From positions 12,682-76,681 of the forward strand of contig CALEUQ010000005.1 in NCBI GenBank assembly GCA_937920495.1: 64,000 bases of DNA, written 5' to 3'. Each line of letters opens with the position of its first letter. Positions within the stretch are counted from its first letter, which is position 1. The stretch is from an uncultured bacterium. GTDB lineage: Bacteria > Spirochaetota > UBA4802 > UB4802. The position numbers were made by a program, and so were the translations under genes. Positions 1-10,399 of the stretch are shown one piece after another. The notes beneath the pieces are model-generated. The model was not told the DNA's origin. It saw only the letters and a program-made list of their open reading frames with translations, and did not search any database.

Positions 1-1
1 A

Positions 2-697
2 TCGGTGACTTCCGTACAGCTAGTTTCTGCTTTTGGAGCTATCGCCAACAATGGCGTGTATATGTATCCCCAGATAGTAAATCAGATTCAAAACAGCGAT
101 GGTCACACGGTCACTGCATATTTCCCAAAAACAAAAGGCAAAATATTGAACCCAACGATAGCCAGAACCTTGCTATCCATGATGCACAATGTTGTTATTG
201 AGGGAACAGGAAAAAAAGCGTACGTGGCAGGGTACGGCACAGGTGGTAAAACTGGTACAGCGCAAAAATCATTGCCACAGGGCGGCTACATACCCGATGC
301 ATATGTTGTATCATTTGTTGGGATTGCACCGGTTGATAATCCGGATATTTGTATTTTAGTAATGTATGATGAACCTGCGTATGGTGGTTCGGGTGGTGAG
401 CTAGCTGCACCTGTTTTTGCTGAAATAGCAAAACGCGTATTGCCGCTCAGAGGGTTTGGGAGTGTTGCTATCAATACGGTACACGCACAGCCTTCAAAAT
501 ATAAGTCTGTGATTAATGATGTCATGCCAGATTTTATTGGCCAGCCTGAAACAAGTGCTTTGCGACATCTAATACAGTTACAGCATGAATATCCGATACA
601 GTATATAATGAAAGGTAAGGGCAAAGTTGTTGCCCAGGATCCAAAACCGGGAGTGCCGTTAAAAAAAGTTAGTACTATTACACTGGTACTGGAGTAA
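2..697 (+). CDS. Penicillin-binding protein (FtsI/SpoVD-like transpeptidase C-terminal part plus PASTA domain); 5' truncated by window edge
   Basis: KTGTAQK transpeptidase motif; C-terminal VMPDFIG...VVAQDPKPG PASTA-like segment. Confidence 0.9.
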   Translation, partial: SVTSVQLVSAFGAIANNGVYMYPQIVNQIQNSDGHTVTAYFPKTKGKILNPTIARTLLSMMHNVVIEGTGKKAYVAGYGTGGKTGTAQKSLPQGGYIPDAYVVSFVGIAPVDNPDICILVMYDEPAYGGSGGELAAPVFAEIAKRVLPLRGFGSVAINTVHAQPSKYKSVINDVMPDFIGQPETSALRHLIQLQHEYPIQYIMKGKGKVVAQDPKPGVPLKKVSTITLVLE

Positions 698-699
698 CT

Positions 700-2556
700 G
701 TGGAAAATATTTTTAAAAAAAATATTGGGGCGATAGTTAAACGTAATAAGTCTCTGGCTGAAATAGTCAGCAATGCAGATTACACACCGTACGTTGATGT
801 GTTACAGGCAAAAAGTGGAGATCCTGTTCCAGTGGTAAAGAAAGAATCAGGAAACCTATCCGTTCACAGTAAATTTGATCCTGTGAAAGAAGCACAACGC
901 CTGATTGATGAATTTAACGTAACACAATACGATTGTATTGTTGTTTCCGGTTTTGGATTTGGATATCATATTGAGTGCCTTTTACAAAAAGTCAAAAAGG
1001 ATGCAACAATTTTAATAATGGAACAATTTCCATGGATGGTTGCGGCAGCTATCGCTCATAGGGATTTACACCATGTATTAAATGATACACGTGTTATATT
1101 GCTGGTCAACCCTGATGAAGAAGCCATAGCCATTCACATGAAGGGAAGGTCTTCATATAAAACACTGTTTATTACGCACCGAGGTTCATTTCAGATTAAC
1201 CCGGAACACTACACCAATCTGCAAAGAATTGCAAAAGCCTATATCTCTACAAAAGAGGTTAATATTGCTACACTGGCAAAATTTGAAAAATTGTGGACTT
1301 CCAACATCGCACGAAATATCAGACAGATTATTAGTTCCCCTCCTGCATCATCATTTTTTGACAGATTCAGCAATATTCCTGCTATCATTGTTAATGCCGG
1401 ACCAACATTAACACAGAGTATCCCGCATATACAAAAATGTTATGATAGTTCCATCATTATTGCGGTTGATACATCACTTAAGGTTTTAGAGCATTATGGC
1501 ATTGAACCGCATTTTTGTATTACGGTTGACCCGCAGCTCATTAACGCACGGTATTTTGAAGGTATCCATTTCAGCAAAACAATATTAATCGCTGATCCTA
1601 TGGTGCATCCATCCACATTTTTGTTTTACACAGGAAGAAAAGCAATAACAGGTGTTGCATTTGAGATGATGAAATGGATTGAGGAGATCACTGGCAGTTA
1701 TGGCACTCTTCGTTATGGGGGTTCAGTGTCAACCAATGCGTATGATTTTGCAAAACGGCTTGGGGCACATCCCATTATCATGGTGGGACAGGATTTAGCC
1801 TTCACTAATGGATTGGCACATGTAAAAGGTGCATATTTAGATGACCATATTTATTTCAGGAACTATCGCACATATACCGTAGAGATGTTTAACAGGTTTC
1901 AGCTTACTGCATTGCCAAAGATTTTAGTTAAGGGCATAAAAAGCAGATTTGTCCATACTAATCAGAAAATGATGATTTTCATTTCCTGGTTTGGCAGGTT
2001 GAATGATCAATCTTTGATCAATGCAACGTATGATGGCGCATATATTGACAATGTTGCTCATAAAAAGTTTGAGGATATTGCATATCACAAGTATGGCATT
2101 GATCTATGGCATGCAATTGATGAGATTTACAAGAGCGCTGTTCCTGAAAGTGCCACCATAACCTTACATTCAGAACACCTGTTAACGCAATTACATGAAA
2201 TGCTGCACCAAACTGAATCAATGAATACCATGCTGTCCCGGGCAATTCACTTTTCAGAGGAACTTATACACAACATACAAAACAAAAAGACACAGGCCAT
2301 ACCTTCACTGGTAAAAAAGCTGGATGATATTGACAAAAAGCTTACAGACTTTAGTGTTACCAGAAATCTGGTTGGGTTAACCATACAGCACATTATTCAT
2401 ACAGTGACCGAGGGATACGAAATTGATGAAGCTGTGACCAGTGAACAGGAAAAAGTAGCTTTAAAATCTCTGTACTTATATAAAGGATTACTGGAAGGAG
2501 TACAGTATAGCAGCCGTGTTATAAAAAATATGATAGTGTTGTTACAACAATTGTGA
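700..2556 (+). CDS. Motility-associated factor (MAF/DUF115) glycosyltransferase-family protein
   Basis: HSKFDPVKEA, GFGFGYH, AGPTL, GGSVST, GQDLAF...H motifs typical of DUF115/MAF proteins. Confidence 0.8.
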   Translation: MENIFKKNIGAIVKRNKSLAEIVSNADYTPYVDVLQAKSGDPVPVVKKESGNLSVHSKFDPVKEAQRLIDEFNVTQYDCIVVSGFGFGYHIECLLQKVKKDATILIMEQFPWMVAAAIAHRDLHHVLNDTRVILLVNPDEEAIAIHMKGRSSYKTLFITHRGSFQINPEHYTNLQRIAKAYISTKEVNIATLAKFEKLWTSNIARNIRQIISSPPASSFFDRFSNIPAIIVNAGPTLTQSIPHIQKCYDSSIIIAVDTSLKVLEHYGIEPHFCITVDPQLINARYFEGIHFSKTILIADPMVHPSTFLFYTGRKAITGVAFEMMKWIEEITGSYGTLRYGGSVSTNAYDFAKRLGAHPIIMVGQDLAFTNGLAHVKGAYLDDHIYFRNYRTYTVEMFNRFQLTALPKILVKGIKSRFVHTNQKMMIFISWFGRLNDQSLINATYDGAYIDNVAHKKFEDIAYHKYGIDLWHAIDEIYKSAVPESATITLHSEHLLTQLHEMLHQTESMNTMLSRAIHFSEELIHNIQNKKTQAIPSLVKKLDDIDKKLTDFSVTRNLVGLTIQHIIHTVTEGYEIDEAVTSEQEKVALKSLYLYKGLLEGVQYSSRVIKNMIVLLQQL

Positions 2557-2598
2557 ATGAACCTTATTATGTTGTAACAGTTATGCTATAGATTATGA

Positions 2599-2635
2599 AG
2601 AGTACACTGCTGTAATAGGATTTGCAGTGTACTCT
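2599..2635. terminator. Hairpin between convergent genes; member of repeat family A (GTACAC hairpins)
   Basis: AGAGTACACTGC / GCAGTGTACTCT 12-bp perfect stem. Confidence 0.6.
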
Positions 2636-2646
2636 GTTACATACGT

Positions 2647-3402
2647 TTATGCATTCCGTAACTTTTTCTGGTTAACAATAAAAAGTCCAGCAATACCTGC
2701 CATAATCAATCCCACTGCAATAATCTGAGCCTGTGTTAAACCAGCAAAAACAACCGGATTGCGGCGAATGAATTCTACAAAGAAACGCGGCAATCCATTT
2801 AAAATCAGGTACAAAAAGAATAGCGTTCCCTGTGAAAATTCTTTTTTTCTTAGTTGTAATAGTAGCACTGCTACAATAAATGAGAAAAATGACTCAAAAA
2901 GAGGTGTGGGATACACGGTACTGGATATTGGCACTATGCCATTTGGATAAGCTACGCCAAAGATGCCAGATGTCTCAATACCATAACATCCATCACCGGC
3001 AACATGGCATCCTATTCTTCCAAAACCATAGCCTGCTGCAATACACGGTGCTGCAATATCAAGGATTTTTAAAACAGGCTCCTTGCTCTGTCTAATAATA
3101 AAATAGCTAAATAACAATGCAAAGAGAAATCCACCATATATGGAAAGGCCAGCGCCTGAAAATACAGTACCTGCAGGGTCAGATAAAAACTCATCCATAT
3201 GATCCAGTATGTGAAAAACTTTTGAGCCAATAATGCCGGCAGGAATTGATACCAGTAATATCTTGTATGCTAAATCGGGATTAATGTTACGGACGATAAG
3301 TTCCCTCTCTAATAAAATATATGCCATGTAAATTCCTATTGCCAGCATTACGCCGTATCCGCCAATCGTAATAAATTTATATTGGAATAGTATTGGATAC
3401 AT
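2647..3402 (-). CDS. lgt: Prolipoprotein diacylglyceryl transferase
   Basis: GLSIYGG, GRIGC, YPTPLFE, RFFVEFIR motifs. Confidence 0.92.
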   Translation of the reverse strand: MYPILFQYKFITIGGYGVMLAIGIYMAYILLERELIVRNINPDLAYKILLVSIPAGIIGSKVFHILDHMDEFLSDPAGTVFSGAGLSIYGGFLFALLFSYFIIRQSKEPVLKILDIAAPCIAAGYGFGRIGCHVAGDGCYGIETSGIFGVAYPNGIVPISSTVYPTPLFESFFSFIVAVLLLQLRKKEFSQGTLFFLYLILNGLPRFFVEFIRRNPVVFAGLTQAQIIAVGLIMAGIAGLFIVNQKKLRNA

Positions 3403-3607
3403 AATAAAGTTCCTCCCTGGTTAATGTAATACTTACAACTTAGTATGCTATATTGGCATAAATTATAATAGTCCCACTTCAGAAAACATTATTCTTTCTT
3501 TGGTACTGTAAAATTTTTGTTCGTCACGTCATAATTGCTACAATAAAAAAAATTGCAACAGATTTATAATCTCTGTTGCAATTTTTTGTGCTAATGTTGC
3601 GTTCTGT

Positions 3608-5167
3608 TTACTTTGTTTCAACTGCTAAGGTCTGGCGTAATTCACGTTTTAATATTTTACCGGAAGGATTTTTGGGCAATGCATTCATAATAAAGATTTT
3701 CTTTGGTGTTTTAAATCCTGCCAAACGTTGTTTGGCAAATGCAATGATCTCTTCCTCCGTCGCATGCATGTCCTTCTTCAGCACCACAGCTGCACATACA
3801 AGTTCAATCCATTTTGGATCAGGCAATCCAAAGACCGCTACTTCAGCAATTGCAGGGTGCTGGTATAGTATCTCTTCAACTTCACGCGATGCAACATTTT
3901 CGCCACCTGTTTTTATCATGTCCTTTTTACGGTCAACGACATACAGATATCCATCTTCATCAAATTTGCCTAAATCGCCACTGTGAAACCAGTCATACGC
4001 AAATGCTTCAGCTGTTTTATCGGGATCGTCTAAATATCCGGTCATTACATGACCTGATCTGTGAACTATCTCACCAACCTGACCGGTGGGAACAAAGTTA
4101 CCATCATCATCCATTAATGCAGTTTCAACATTAAGCACTGGTTTTCCCGCAGAACCTGGCTTTTTAAGCTGGTCTTCAGGTTTTAGTATGGTGGCAACTG
4201 GACCCATTTCTGTCTGTCCATAGTAATTCCAAAGGCGCAAACCAGGGAAAAGTTCAGTTAAACGCTTAAGTACTTCCACAGGCATTATGCTTGCACCATA
4301 CGCAGCTTTTTGTAGTGAAGTAAGATTATATTTTTTGAATTCAGGGTGATTGATGATCCCAATCCATACTGTTGGTGGTGAAAACATATGTGTGATGTGG
4401 TATTTTTCAATGAGCTGCATCATGGCAACAGGATCTGCTTTATGTAATATTATATTTGTAGCACCCACATACAAAAATGGCATAAGGAAGCAATGAAGCT
4501 GTGCGCAGTGAAATAATGGCAATGCGTGCAGGCTGATGTCATGTGCCTGATATTCACCTTCAATGATGCAACTGAAATACTGAGACATCAGGGCTCGGTG
4601 CGACAGCATGGCGCCTTTTGGCTTTGATTCTGTTCCACTGGTGTATGGAATCTGTGCAATATCTTCTGGCTCAACAGTTGCAGGAATGTCGTGAGCAGGC
4701 ATATCCTTCATCATTGTAATGAGATTATCAAAACCCTTAGGGGTTTGAGTACCTTCAAGGGGTATAAACAGCCAATTTTGAACAGTTGTGCATTTATTGA
4801 TAGCCGGGGCAATCACATGATATAAATTATCTTCCACAATCACCATCTTTGATTTTGAATGATTGATAATATACGACATTTCATCGCCATTGAGCATATA
4901 ATTTATGGGAACCTGAACTGCACCAATCTTTGAAAGGCCAACAAAGCTAATTGGATAATAATGTGAGTTGTATGCAATGATCGCTACACGATCACCTTTT
5001 TCAATCCCATACTGTTGCATAAGGTGGCCAAAGCGGCAACATTCTTCTTCAAGCTGTCGAAAAGTGATATTATTTTCTCTGAATACAATCGCTAATTTGT
5101 TACCAAATCGTGAAGCAGCACGGCGCACCATATCAGCTATTGTATCTCTGCAGTAAAGGTTAGCCAT
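3608..5167 (-). CDS. Acyl-CoA synthetase / AMP-dependent fatty acid-CoA ligase
   Basis: YTSGTESKPKG, YGQTE, HSGD, PKNPSGKILK adenylation motifs. Confidence 0.92.
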   Translation of the reverse strand: MANLYCRDTIADMVRRAASRFGNKLAIVFRENNITFRQLEEECCRFGHLMQQYGIEKGDRVAIIAYNSHYYPISFVGLSKIGAVQVPINYMLNGDEMSYIINHSKSKMVIVEDNLYHVIAPAINKCTTVQNWLFIPLEGTQTPKGFDNLITMMKDMPAHDIPATVEPEDIAQIPYTSGTESKPKGAMLSHRALMSQYFSCIIEGEYQAHDISLHALPLFHCAQLHCFLMPFLYVGATNIILHKADPVAMMQLIEKYHITHMFSPPTVWIGIINHPEFKKYNLTSLQKAAYGASIMPVEVLKRLTELFPGLRLWNYYGQTEMGPVATILKPEDQLKKPGSAGKPVLNVETALMDDDGNFVPTGQVGEIVHRSGHVMTGYLDDPDKTAEAFAYDWFHSGDLGKFDEDGYLYVVDRKKDMIKTGGENVASREVEEILYQHPAIAEVAVFGLPDPKWIELVCAAVVLKKDMHATEEEIIAFAKQRLAGFKTPKKIFIMNALPKNPSGKILKRELRQTLAVETK

Positions 5168-5370
5168 ATAGATCCTCCATTGATATTATAATATGATATA
5201 TGACAAATATGAAATAAACGAGCTGCCGTGCAAGCACAAAATGTTAATTAAATTTAAAATAGGCAAAGATGATACATAGATTAACTATCGAATAAAATGA
5301 ATACTTTGAAATTATATATTTAAATGCTATTTTAATTATACTATTTATGATGTGTTAAATAATTAATAGT

Positions 5371-5444
5371 ATAGCTCCCTTTGGCAGAGGGGGTCTATGA
5401 TATGTTTATTATGTTCACAAATTTTATTTAAGGAATAAATCGTG
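5371..5444 (+). repeat. Repeat family A copy (hairpin plus AGGAATAAATCGTG tail)
   Basis: 5405-5444 is the exact reverse complement of 63128-63167 (40 bp). Confidence 0.85.
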
Positions 5445-5644
5445 GATTTTTCAAAAAATTGTAGTATTGATTTTGAATTTTATTATTTGTTTTTTTAATT
5501 GACTTAGTTTATATTGTTTTAGGAAGGTTATAGACACGCCGTGATTGTTCTTTAATCAAAATTTTGAATACGTAACAAGCTCAGTATAACGATGAGTGAG
5601 GGATTTTTTATATTTAAAATCAAAACAGAAAGGAGAAAGCTTTC

Positions 5645-8600
5645 ATGGCAAAAAAGATTATGAAATCAATGGATGGTAACGAAGCTGCTGCGTACATATC
5701 GTATGCGTTTACTGAGGTTGCTGCCATCTATCCCATTACACCATCTTCCCCCATGGCTGAACATGTTGACGAGTGGGCTGCTCACGGTAAAAAAAATATT
5801 TTTGGGCAGGTTGTACGCGTTGTTGAGATGCAATCTGAAGCAGGCGCTGCTGCTGCTGTTCATGGTTCATTGCAGGCAGGTTCGCTTACCACAACGTACA
5901 CTGCCTCGCAGGGGTTGCTGTTGATGATCCCCAACATGTATAAGATTGCTGCAGAATTACTCCCTGCGGTCTTTCATGTCAGCGCTCGTTCCATATCAGC
6001 TCAGGCATTATCCATATTTGGTGATCATCAGGATATCAATGCATGCAGGCAAACGGGGTTTGCTATGCTGGCAAGCGGTGGAGTGCAGGAGGTTATGGAT
6101 TTAGCCGCTGTTGCGCATCTTTCGGCAATAAAATCACGTATACCATTTTTGCATTTTTTTGATGGATTCAGAACATCTCATGAAATACAGAAGATTGAAG
6201 TTCTGGATTATGATGATCTGGCAAAGCTCATTGATTATGCAAAGTTAGAAGAATTCAGAAACAATGCATTGAATCCAGAACAGCCCGTTACACGTGGCAC
6301 AGCGCAGAATCCTGATATTTATTTCCAGGCAAGAGAAGTGAGCAACATCTTTTATCAGGCTATACCTGATATTGTAGATGAATACATGAGGCAAATAAGC
6401 AAGCTAACCGGAAGAGAATACCATCCTTTTACATATTACGGTGCACCTGATGCCGAGCACATAATAGTAGCAATGGGCTCGGTAACAGAAACAATTAAAG
6501 AAACAATTGACTACCTGCTCACACAAGGCCAAAAAGTTGGGCTTGTTACCTGTCATCTCTACAGGCCATTTTCAGCAAAATATTTTTTTAATGTGTTGCC
6601 ACGCACTGTTACACGTATTGCAGTACTTGATAGAACAAAAGAACCCGGATCCATTGGCGAACCGCTGTATCTTGATGTTCGTGCAGCATTTTATGGAACA
6701 GCCAACCAGCCTGTTATAGTTGGTGGTAGGTATGGATTGAGTTCCAAAGATACTACACCAGCACAGATTCTAGCAGTGTATAATAATCTCACGCTCAATG
6801 AACCAAAGAATGGATTTACTGTAGGTATAGTGGATGATGTAACCTTTACATCACTGCCATTGCCTGAGGAAACAAGCGTGGTTCCCGAAGGTACCTTTGA
6901 AGGTAAATTTTTTGGTGTAGGATCTGACGGGACTGTTGGTGCCAATAAGAATTCAATCAAAATTATTGGCGACAACACTGATTTATATGCTCAGGCCTAC
7001 TTTGCATATGATTCAAAGAAGTCAGGTGGTGTGACTGTATCTCATCTGCGCTTTGGGAAAAAACCAATCAGGTCTACCTATCTGGTTAACCATCCTGATT
7101 TTGTTGCCTGCCATGTTCCCGCATATCTGGATAAATATGATATTTTAAAAGGCCTGAAGAAAGGAGGCACATTCCTGCTTAACTCACTGTGGGATGAGGA
7201 GGAAACTAAAAAGAAGCTGCCGGATCACATTAAACGATATTTAGCTGAAAATAATATAAAATTTTATATTATCAACGCAACAGAAATATCCGAACGTATT
7301 GGGCTTCCTGGCAGAACCAATACCATAATGCAGGCAGCTTTCTTCAAAGTAAGCAATGTCATCCCTTATGAAATAGCTGAGAAGGAAATGAAGGATGCCA
7401 TCGAAAAAACTTATGGCAGAAAAGGTGCTGATGTTGTGAGCAAAAATATGGCTGCGGTTGATGAGGGCGCAAAAAATGTAATAGAGGTCAAAGTCCCTGA
7501 AGAATGGAAAAATATAGAGCTTCCCGGAAAACCAAAATTTGAAGAATTGCCCGAATTTATCCGTGAAGTAGTGGAACCAATGAATCGATTGGAGGGCGAT
7601 AGTTTACCGGTAAGTACCTTCTTGCCAAGACCAGATGGGACATTCCCTCCAGGTACCACTCAGTATGAAAAACGCGGTATTGCTGTCAATGTTCCTGAGT
7701 GGCAGCCGGATAACTGTATACAGTGTAATCAGTGTGCGTATGTATGCCCACACGCCGTTATCCGTCCATTCCTTCTTAATGACGAAGAAATGAAAAAAGC
7801 ACCAGCTGATATGCCGGTACTTGAAGCAAAGGGCAAAGGCCTTGAAGGGCTTAAATTCAGGATTCAGATTAGCCCACTTGATTGTACAGGTTGTGGCAAC
7901 TGTGCTGAAGAATGTCCGGCAAAAGAAAAAGCATTGATTATGAAGCCGCTTGAAAGTCAGCTTGGTCAGCAGAAATACTGGGACTTTATAGTGAAGAATG
8001 TTACGTATAAAGATAATTTGATGAATAAATACACTGTTAAAGGCAGTCAGTTCTGCCAGCCACTTTTTGAATTCTCGGGTGCATGTGCAGGCTGTGGGGA
8101 AACTCCCTACATCAAGCTTATTACTCAGCTTTTTGGTGATAGGATGCTGATTGCCAATGCAACCGGGTGTTCTTCAATTTATGGTGGTTCTGCGCCGGCA
8201 ACACCTTACTGTGTTAATGCACAGGGAAGGGGGCCTGCATGGGCAAGTTCACTTTTTGAGGATGCAGGTGAGTACGGTTATGGCATGTATCTGGGTGTTA
8301 CGCAACAACGTAACAAGCTTGCACAACTTTTAGATACAATTGCAAAAACAACAACTAACGCCCAACTTAAAGATGCAGCGCTCCAGTGGCTTGCAGGCAA
8401 GGATAATGCTGAAAAATCACGCGAAGCTACCGCTAAACTTTTACCACTTTTGAGGGGCGATAGTTCTCAAGAAGCAGCTTTAGTGTTGAAATTAGCTCGA
8501 TATCTGGAAAAGAAATCAATATGGGTGTTTGGTGGCGACGGTTTTGCCTACGATATTGGATTTGGTGGGCTTGATCACGTTATAGCTTCTGGCGAGGATA

Positions 8601-9166
8601 TAAATATTTTGGTTATGGATACCGAAGTGTATTCAAATACAGGTGGTCAATCCTCAAAGGCAACACCATTAGCAGCACAGGCTAAGTTTGCTGCAGCTGG
8701 TAAGCGGGTACGTAAAAAAGATTTAGGACTTATGGCCATTACGTATGGCTATGTATATGTAGCACAGGTTGCAATGGGTGCAAGTCAGATGCAGTATATG
8801 CGCGCAATTACTGAGGCAGAAAGCTATCCGGGGCCATCTCTTATTATTGCGTATGCACCGTGTATCAATCACGGATTAAAAGATGGTATGGGAAAATCAC
8901 AGGAAGAAGAAAAGAAAGCAGTAGAATGCGGTTACTGGACATTATGGCGGTACAATCCATTGCTTGAAAAAGAAGGCAAAAATCCATTTATACTTGATTC
9001 CAGGGAGCCTCAATGGGACAAGTTTAATGATTTCCTTATGGGTGAAGTTCGATATTCAGCATTAAAGAATGAATTTCCCCACGTTGCAGAAGAACTGTTT
9101 GCTGCTGCACTTGAAAATGCTAAATGGCGGTATAACAATTACAAGAAACTTGCAGCCCAGTCATAA
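5645..9166 (+). CDS. nifJ: Pyruvate:ferredoxin (flavodoxin) oxidoreductase
   Basis: YPITPSS, two CxxCxxC ferredoxin motifs, GACAGCGE and GGDG TPP-binding motifs; 1173 aa. Confidence 0.97.
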   Translation: MAKKIMKSMDGNEAAAYISYAFTEVAAIYPITPSSPMAEHVDEWAAHGKKNIFGQVVRVVEMQSEAGAAAAVHGSLQAGSLTTTYTASQGLLLMIPNMYKIAAELLPAVFHVSARSISAQALSIFGDHQDINACRQTGFAMLASGGVQEVMDLAAVAHLSAIKSRIPFLHFFDGFRTSHEIQKIEVLDYDDLAKLIDYAKLEEFRNNALNPEQPVTRGTAQNPDIYFQAREVSNIFYQAIPDIVDEYMRQISKLTGREYHPFTYYGAPDAEHIIVAMGSVTETIKETIDYLLTQGQKVGLVTCHLYRPFSAKYFFNVLPRTVTRIAVLDRTKEPGSIGEPLYLDVRAAFYGTANQPVIVGGRYGLSSKDTTPAQILAVYNNLTLNEPKNGFTVGIVDDVTFTSLPLPEETSVVPEGTFEGKFFGVGSDGTVGANKNSIKIIGDNTDLYAQAYFAYDSKKSGGVTVSHLRFGKKPIRSTYLVNHPDFVACHVPAYLDKYDILKGLKKGGTFLLNSLWDEEETKKKLPDHIKRYLAENNIKFYIINATEISERIGLPGRTNTIMQAAFFKVSNVIPYEIAEKEMKDAIEKTYGRKGADVVSKNMAAVDEGAKNVIEVKVPEEWKNIELPGKPKFEELPEFIREVVEPMNRLEGDSLPVSTFLPRPDGTFPPGTTQYEKRGIAVNVPEWQPDNCIQCNQCAYVCPHAVIRPFLLNDEEMKKAPADMPVLEAKGKGLEGLKFRIQISPLDCTGCGNCAEECPAKEKALIMKPLESQLGQQKYWDFIVKNVTYKDNLMNKYTVKGSQFCQPLFEFSGACAGCGETPYIKLITQLFGDRMLIANATGCSSIYGGSAPATPYCVNAQGRGPAWASSLFEDAGEYGYGMYLGVTQQRNKLAQLLDTIAKTTTNAQLKDAALQWLAGKDNAEKSREATAKLLPLLRGDSSQEAALVLKLARYLEKKSIWVFGGDGFAYDIGFGGLDHVIASGEDINILVMDTEVYSNTGGQSSKATPLAAQAKFAAAGKRVRKKDLGLMAITYGYVYVAQVAMGASQMQYMRAITEAESYPGPSLIIAYAPCINHGLKDGMGKSQEEEKKAVECGYWTLWRYNPLLEKEGKNPFILDSREPQWDKFNDFLMGEVRYSALKNEFPHVAEELFAAALENAKWRYNNYKKLAAQS

Positions 9167-9182
9167 ACTATATAATATACTA

Positions 9183-9211
9183 CAGGGAGCTTTAGCAATG
9201 GAAGCTCCCTG
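9183..9211. terminator. Bidirectional terminator-like hairpin
   Basis: CAGGGAGCTT / AAGCTCCCTG 10-bp stem between convergent ORFs. Confidence 0.7.
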
Positions 9212-9217
9212 ATACTA

Positions 9218-9382
9218 CTATGCCTGTGTATTAATTACTTTACCTTTATTTTCTTCTTCAGGGGTTTTTGGTACTTCGCTTAATCTGTTTAGCGTTTCTT
9301 CAACAGTGTTTTTTCCCATCTCTTTTGTTCTTTGCAACACACCCTGAGTGTTGGTTGATACATCATTAATTTTATTTATCAT
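9218..9382 (-). CDS. Small 54-aa protein missing from the ORF track (YjfB/putative motility protein-like C-terminus)
   Basis: GGGAGG Shine-Dalgarno upstream of ATG; translation MINKINDVST...EENKGKVINTQA. Confidence 0.65.
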   Translation of the reverse strand: MINKINDVSTNTQGVLQRTKEMGKNTVEETLNRLSEVPKTPEEENKGKVINTQA

Positions 9383-9452
9383 GTAACCCTCCCTTGCAAA
9401 TAAATTTACTTATAGTGTTATTCCAAACTTGACTGCGGTTTACTCCCTCATA

Positions 9453-9515
9453 GTCATTCTGAGCTTGACTCAGAATCTATTCATATCCAACATCCCGGAT
9501 CAAGTCCAGGATGAC
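9453..9515. repeat. Repeat family C: two facing GTCAT-palindromes (REP/BIME-like)
   Basis: GTCATTCTGAGCTTGACTCAGAATCT followed by inverted ATCCCGGATCAAGTCCAGGATGAC; near-identical to 52738-52763. Confidence 0.85.
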
Positions 9516-9538
9516 ACATTGTTGAAATAAAACGTAAA

Positions 9539-10327
9539 TCATTTCTTCTTTGGCAATGGTATAAATGAACTTGTTGTTTTAATATATTCAATATATTCAG
9601 GGCGTTTTTCTTTTAATGAGCTTTCAAGCAATGTAACACCTGAAACTTTTAAAAGCATGTATGTGATCCAGATAGGTGAGATGATTGTTACTATCCCGTA
9701 TGGAACAGGCAGGGCAATAATAAAAATCCCCCACCACATAAGTGATTCGCCAAAATAATTTGGATGGCGTGAATAATACCATAAACCCTGGTTCATAACT
9801 TTTCCTGCATTTGCAGGGTTGTGAATAAATTTATAAAGCTGTATATCGGCAACTGTTTCAAATATAAAACCGGTGAGCCATACCAGAATGCCAATATAAT
9901 CAGTTGCTAAAATCCTGGTAGGTTTAAGTGCAGTAATTCCAATTTGAGCAGACAGTGAAATAATGATAAGAAGCAATCCCTGAAGCCAGAACACTTTAAA
10001 TAGGCTTATAATCCAGAAGTTTTTGGGATTTTTATTACGCATTGCTGTATACCGTGGGTCTTCACCTTTGCCACGTTTTCGGTAAAAAATGTAGATGGAT
10101 AGTCGCAATCCCCATAGAAGTACAAGCACAACTATAATTGTTGCCCTTACGGTGTATCCCTGAAAGAAGATATATGTGAGCAATGATACAAGAATGAATC
10201 CCAATCCCCAGAATACATCTGCAATACTTGCATCTTTTGTAATAAGGCTTATGATCCATGCAAGGGTAAAAAATATAAGGATTGCTATCAGGTTATAAAT
10301 GACTATCTGCACAATAGATTCTATCAT
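9539..10327 (-). CDS. DUF1295 / steroid 5-alpha-reductase-like membrane protein
   Basis: EDPRY, ADIQL, SRHPNYFGE motifs; start chosen from GGAG SD. Confidence 0.88.
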   Translation of the reverse strand: MIESIVQIVIYNLIAILIFFTLAWIISLITKDASIADVFWGLGFILVSLLTYIFFQGYTVRATIIVVLVLLWGLRLSIYIFYRKRGKGEDPRYTAMRNKNPKNFWIISLFKVFWLQGLLLIIISLSAQIGITALKPTRILATDYIGILVWLTGFIFETVADIQLYKFIHNPANAGKVMNQGLWYYSRHPNYFGESLMWWGIFIIALPVPYGIVTIISPIWITYMLLKVSGVTLLESSLKEKRPEYIEYIKTTSSFIPLPKKK

Positions 10328-10399
10328 TATAGCTATCTCCAAAACTTATATTATTAAAAACATACAAAGTGTTACTATCAAAGTCAAATTAATTATTTT

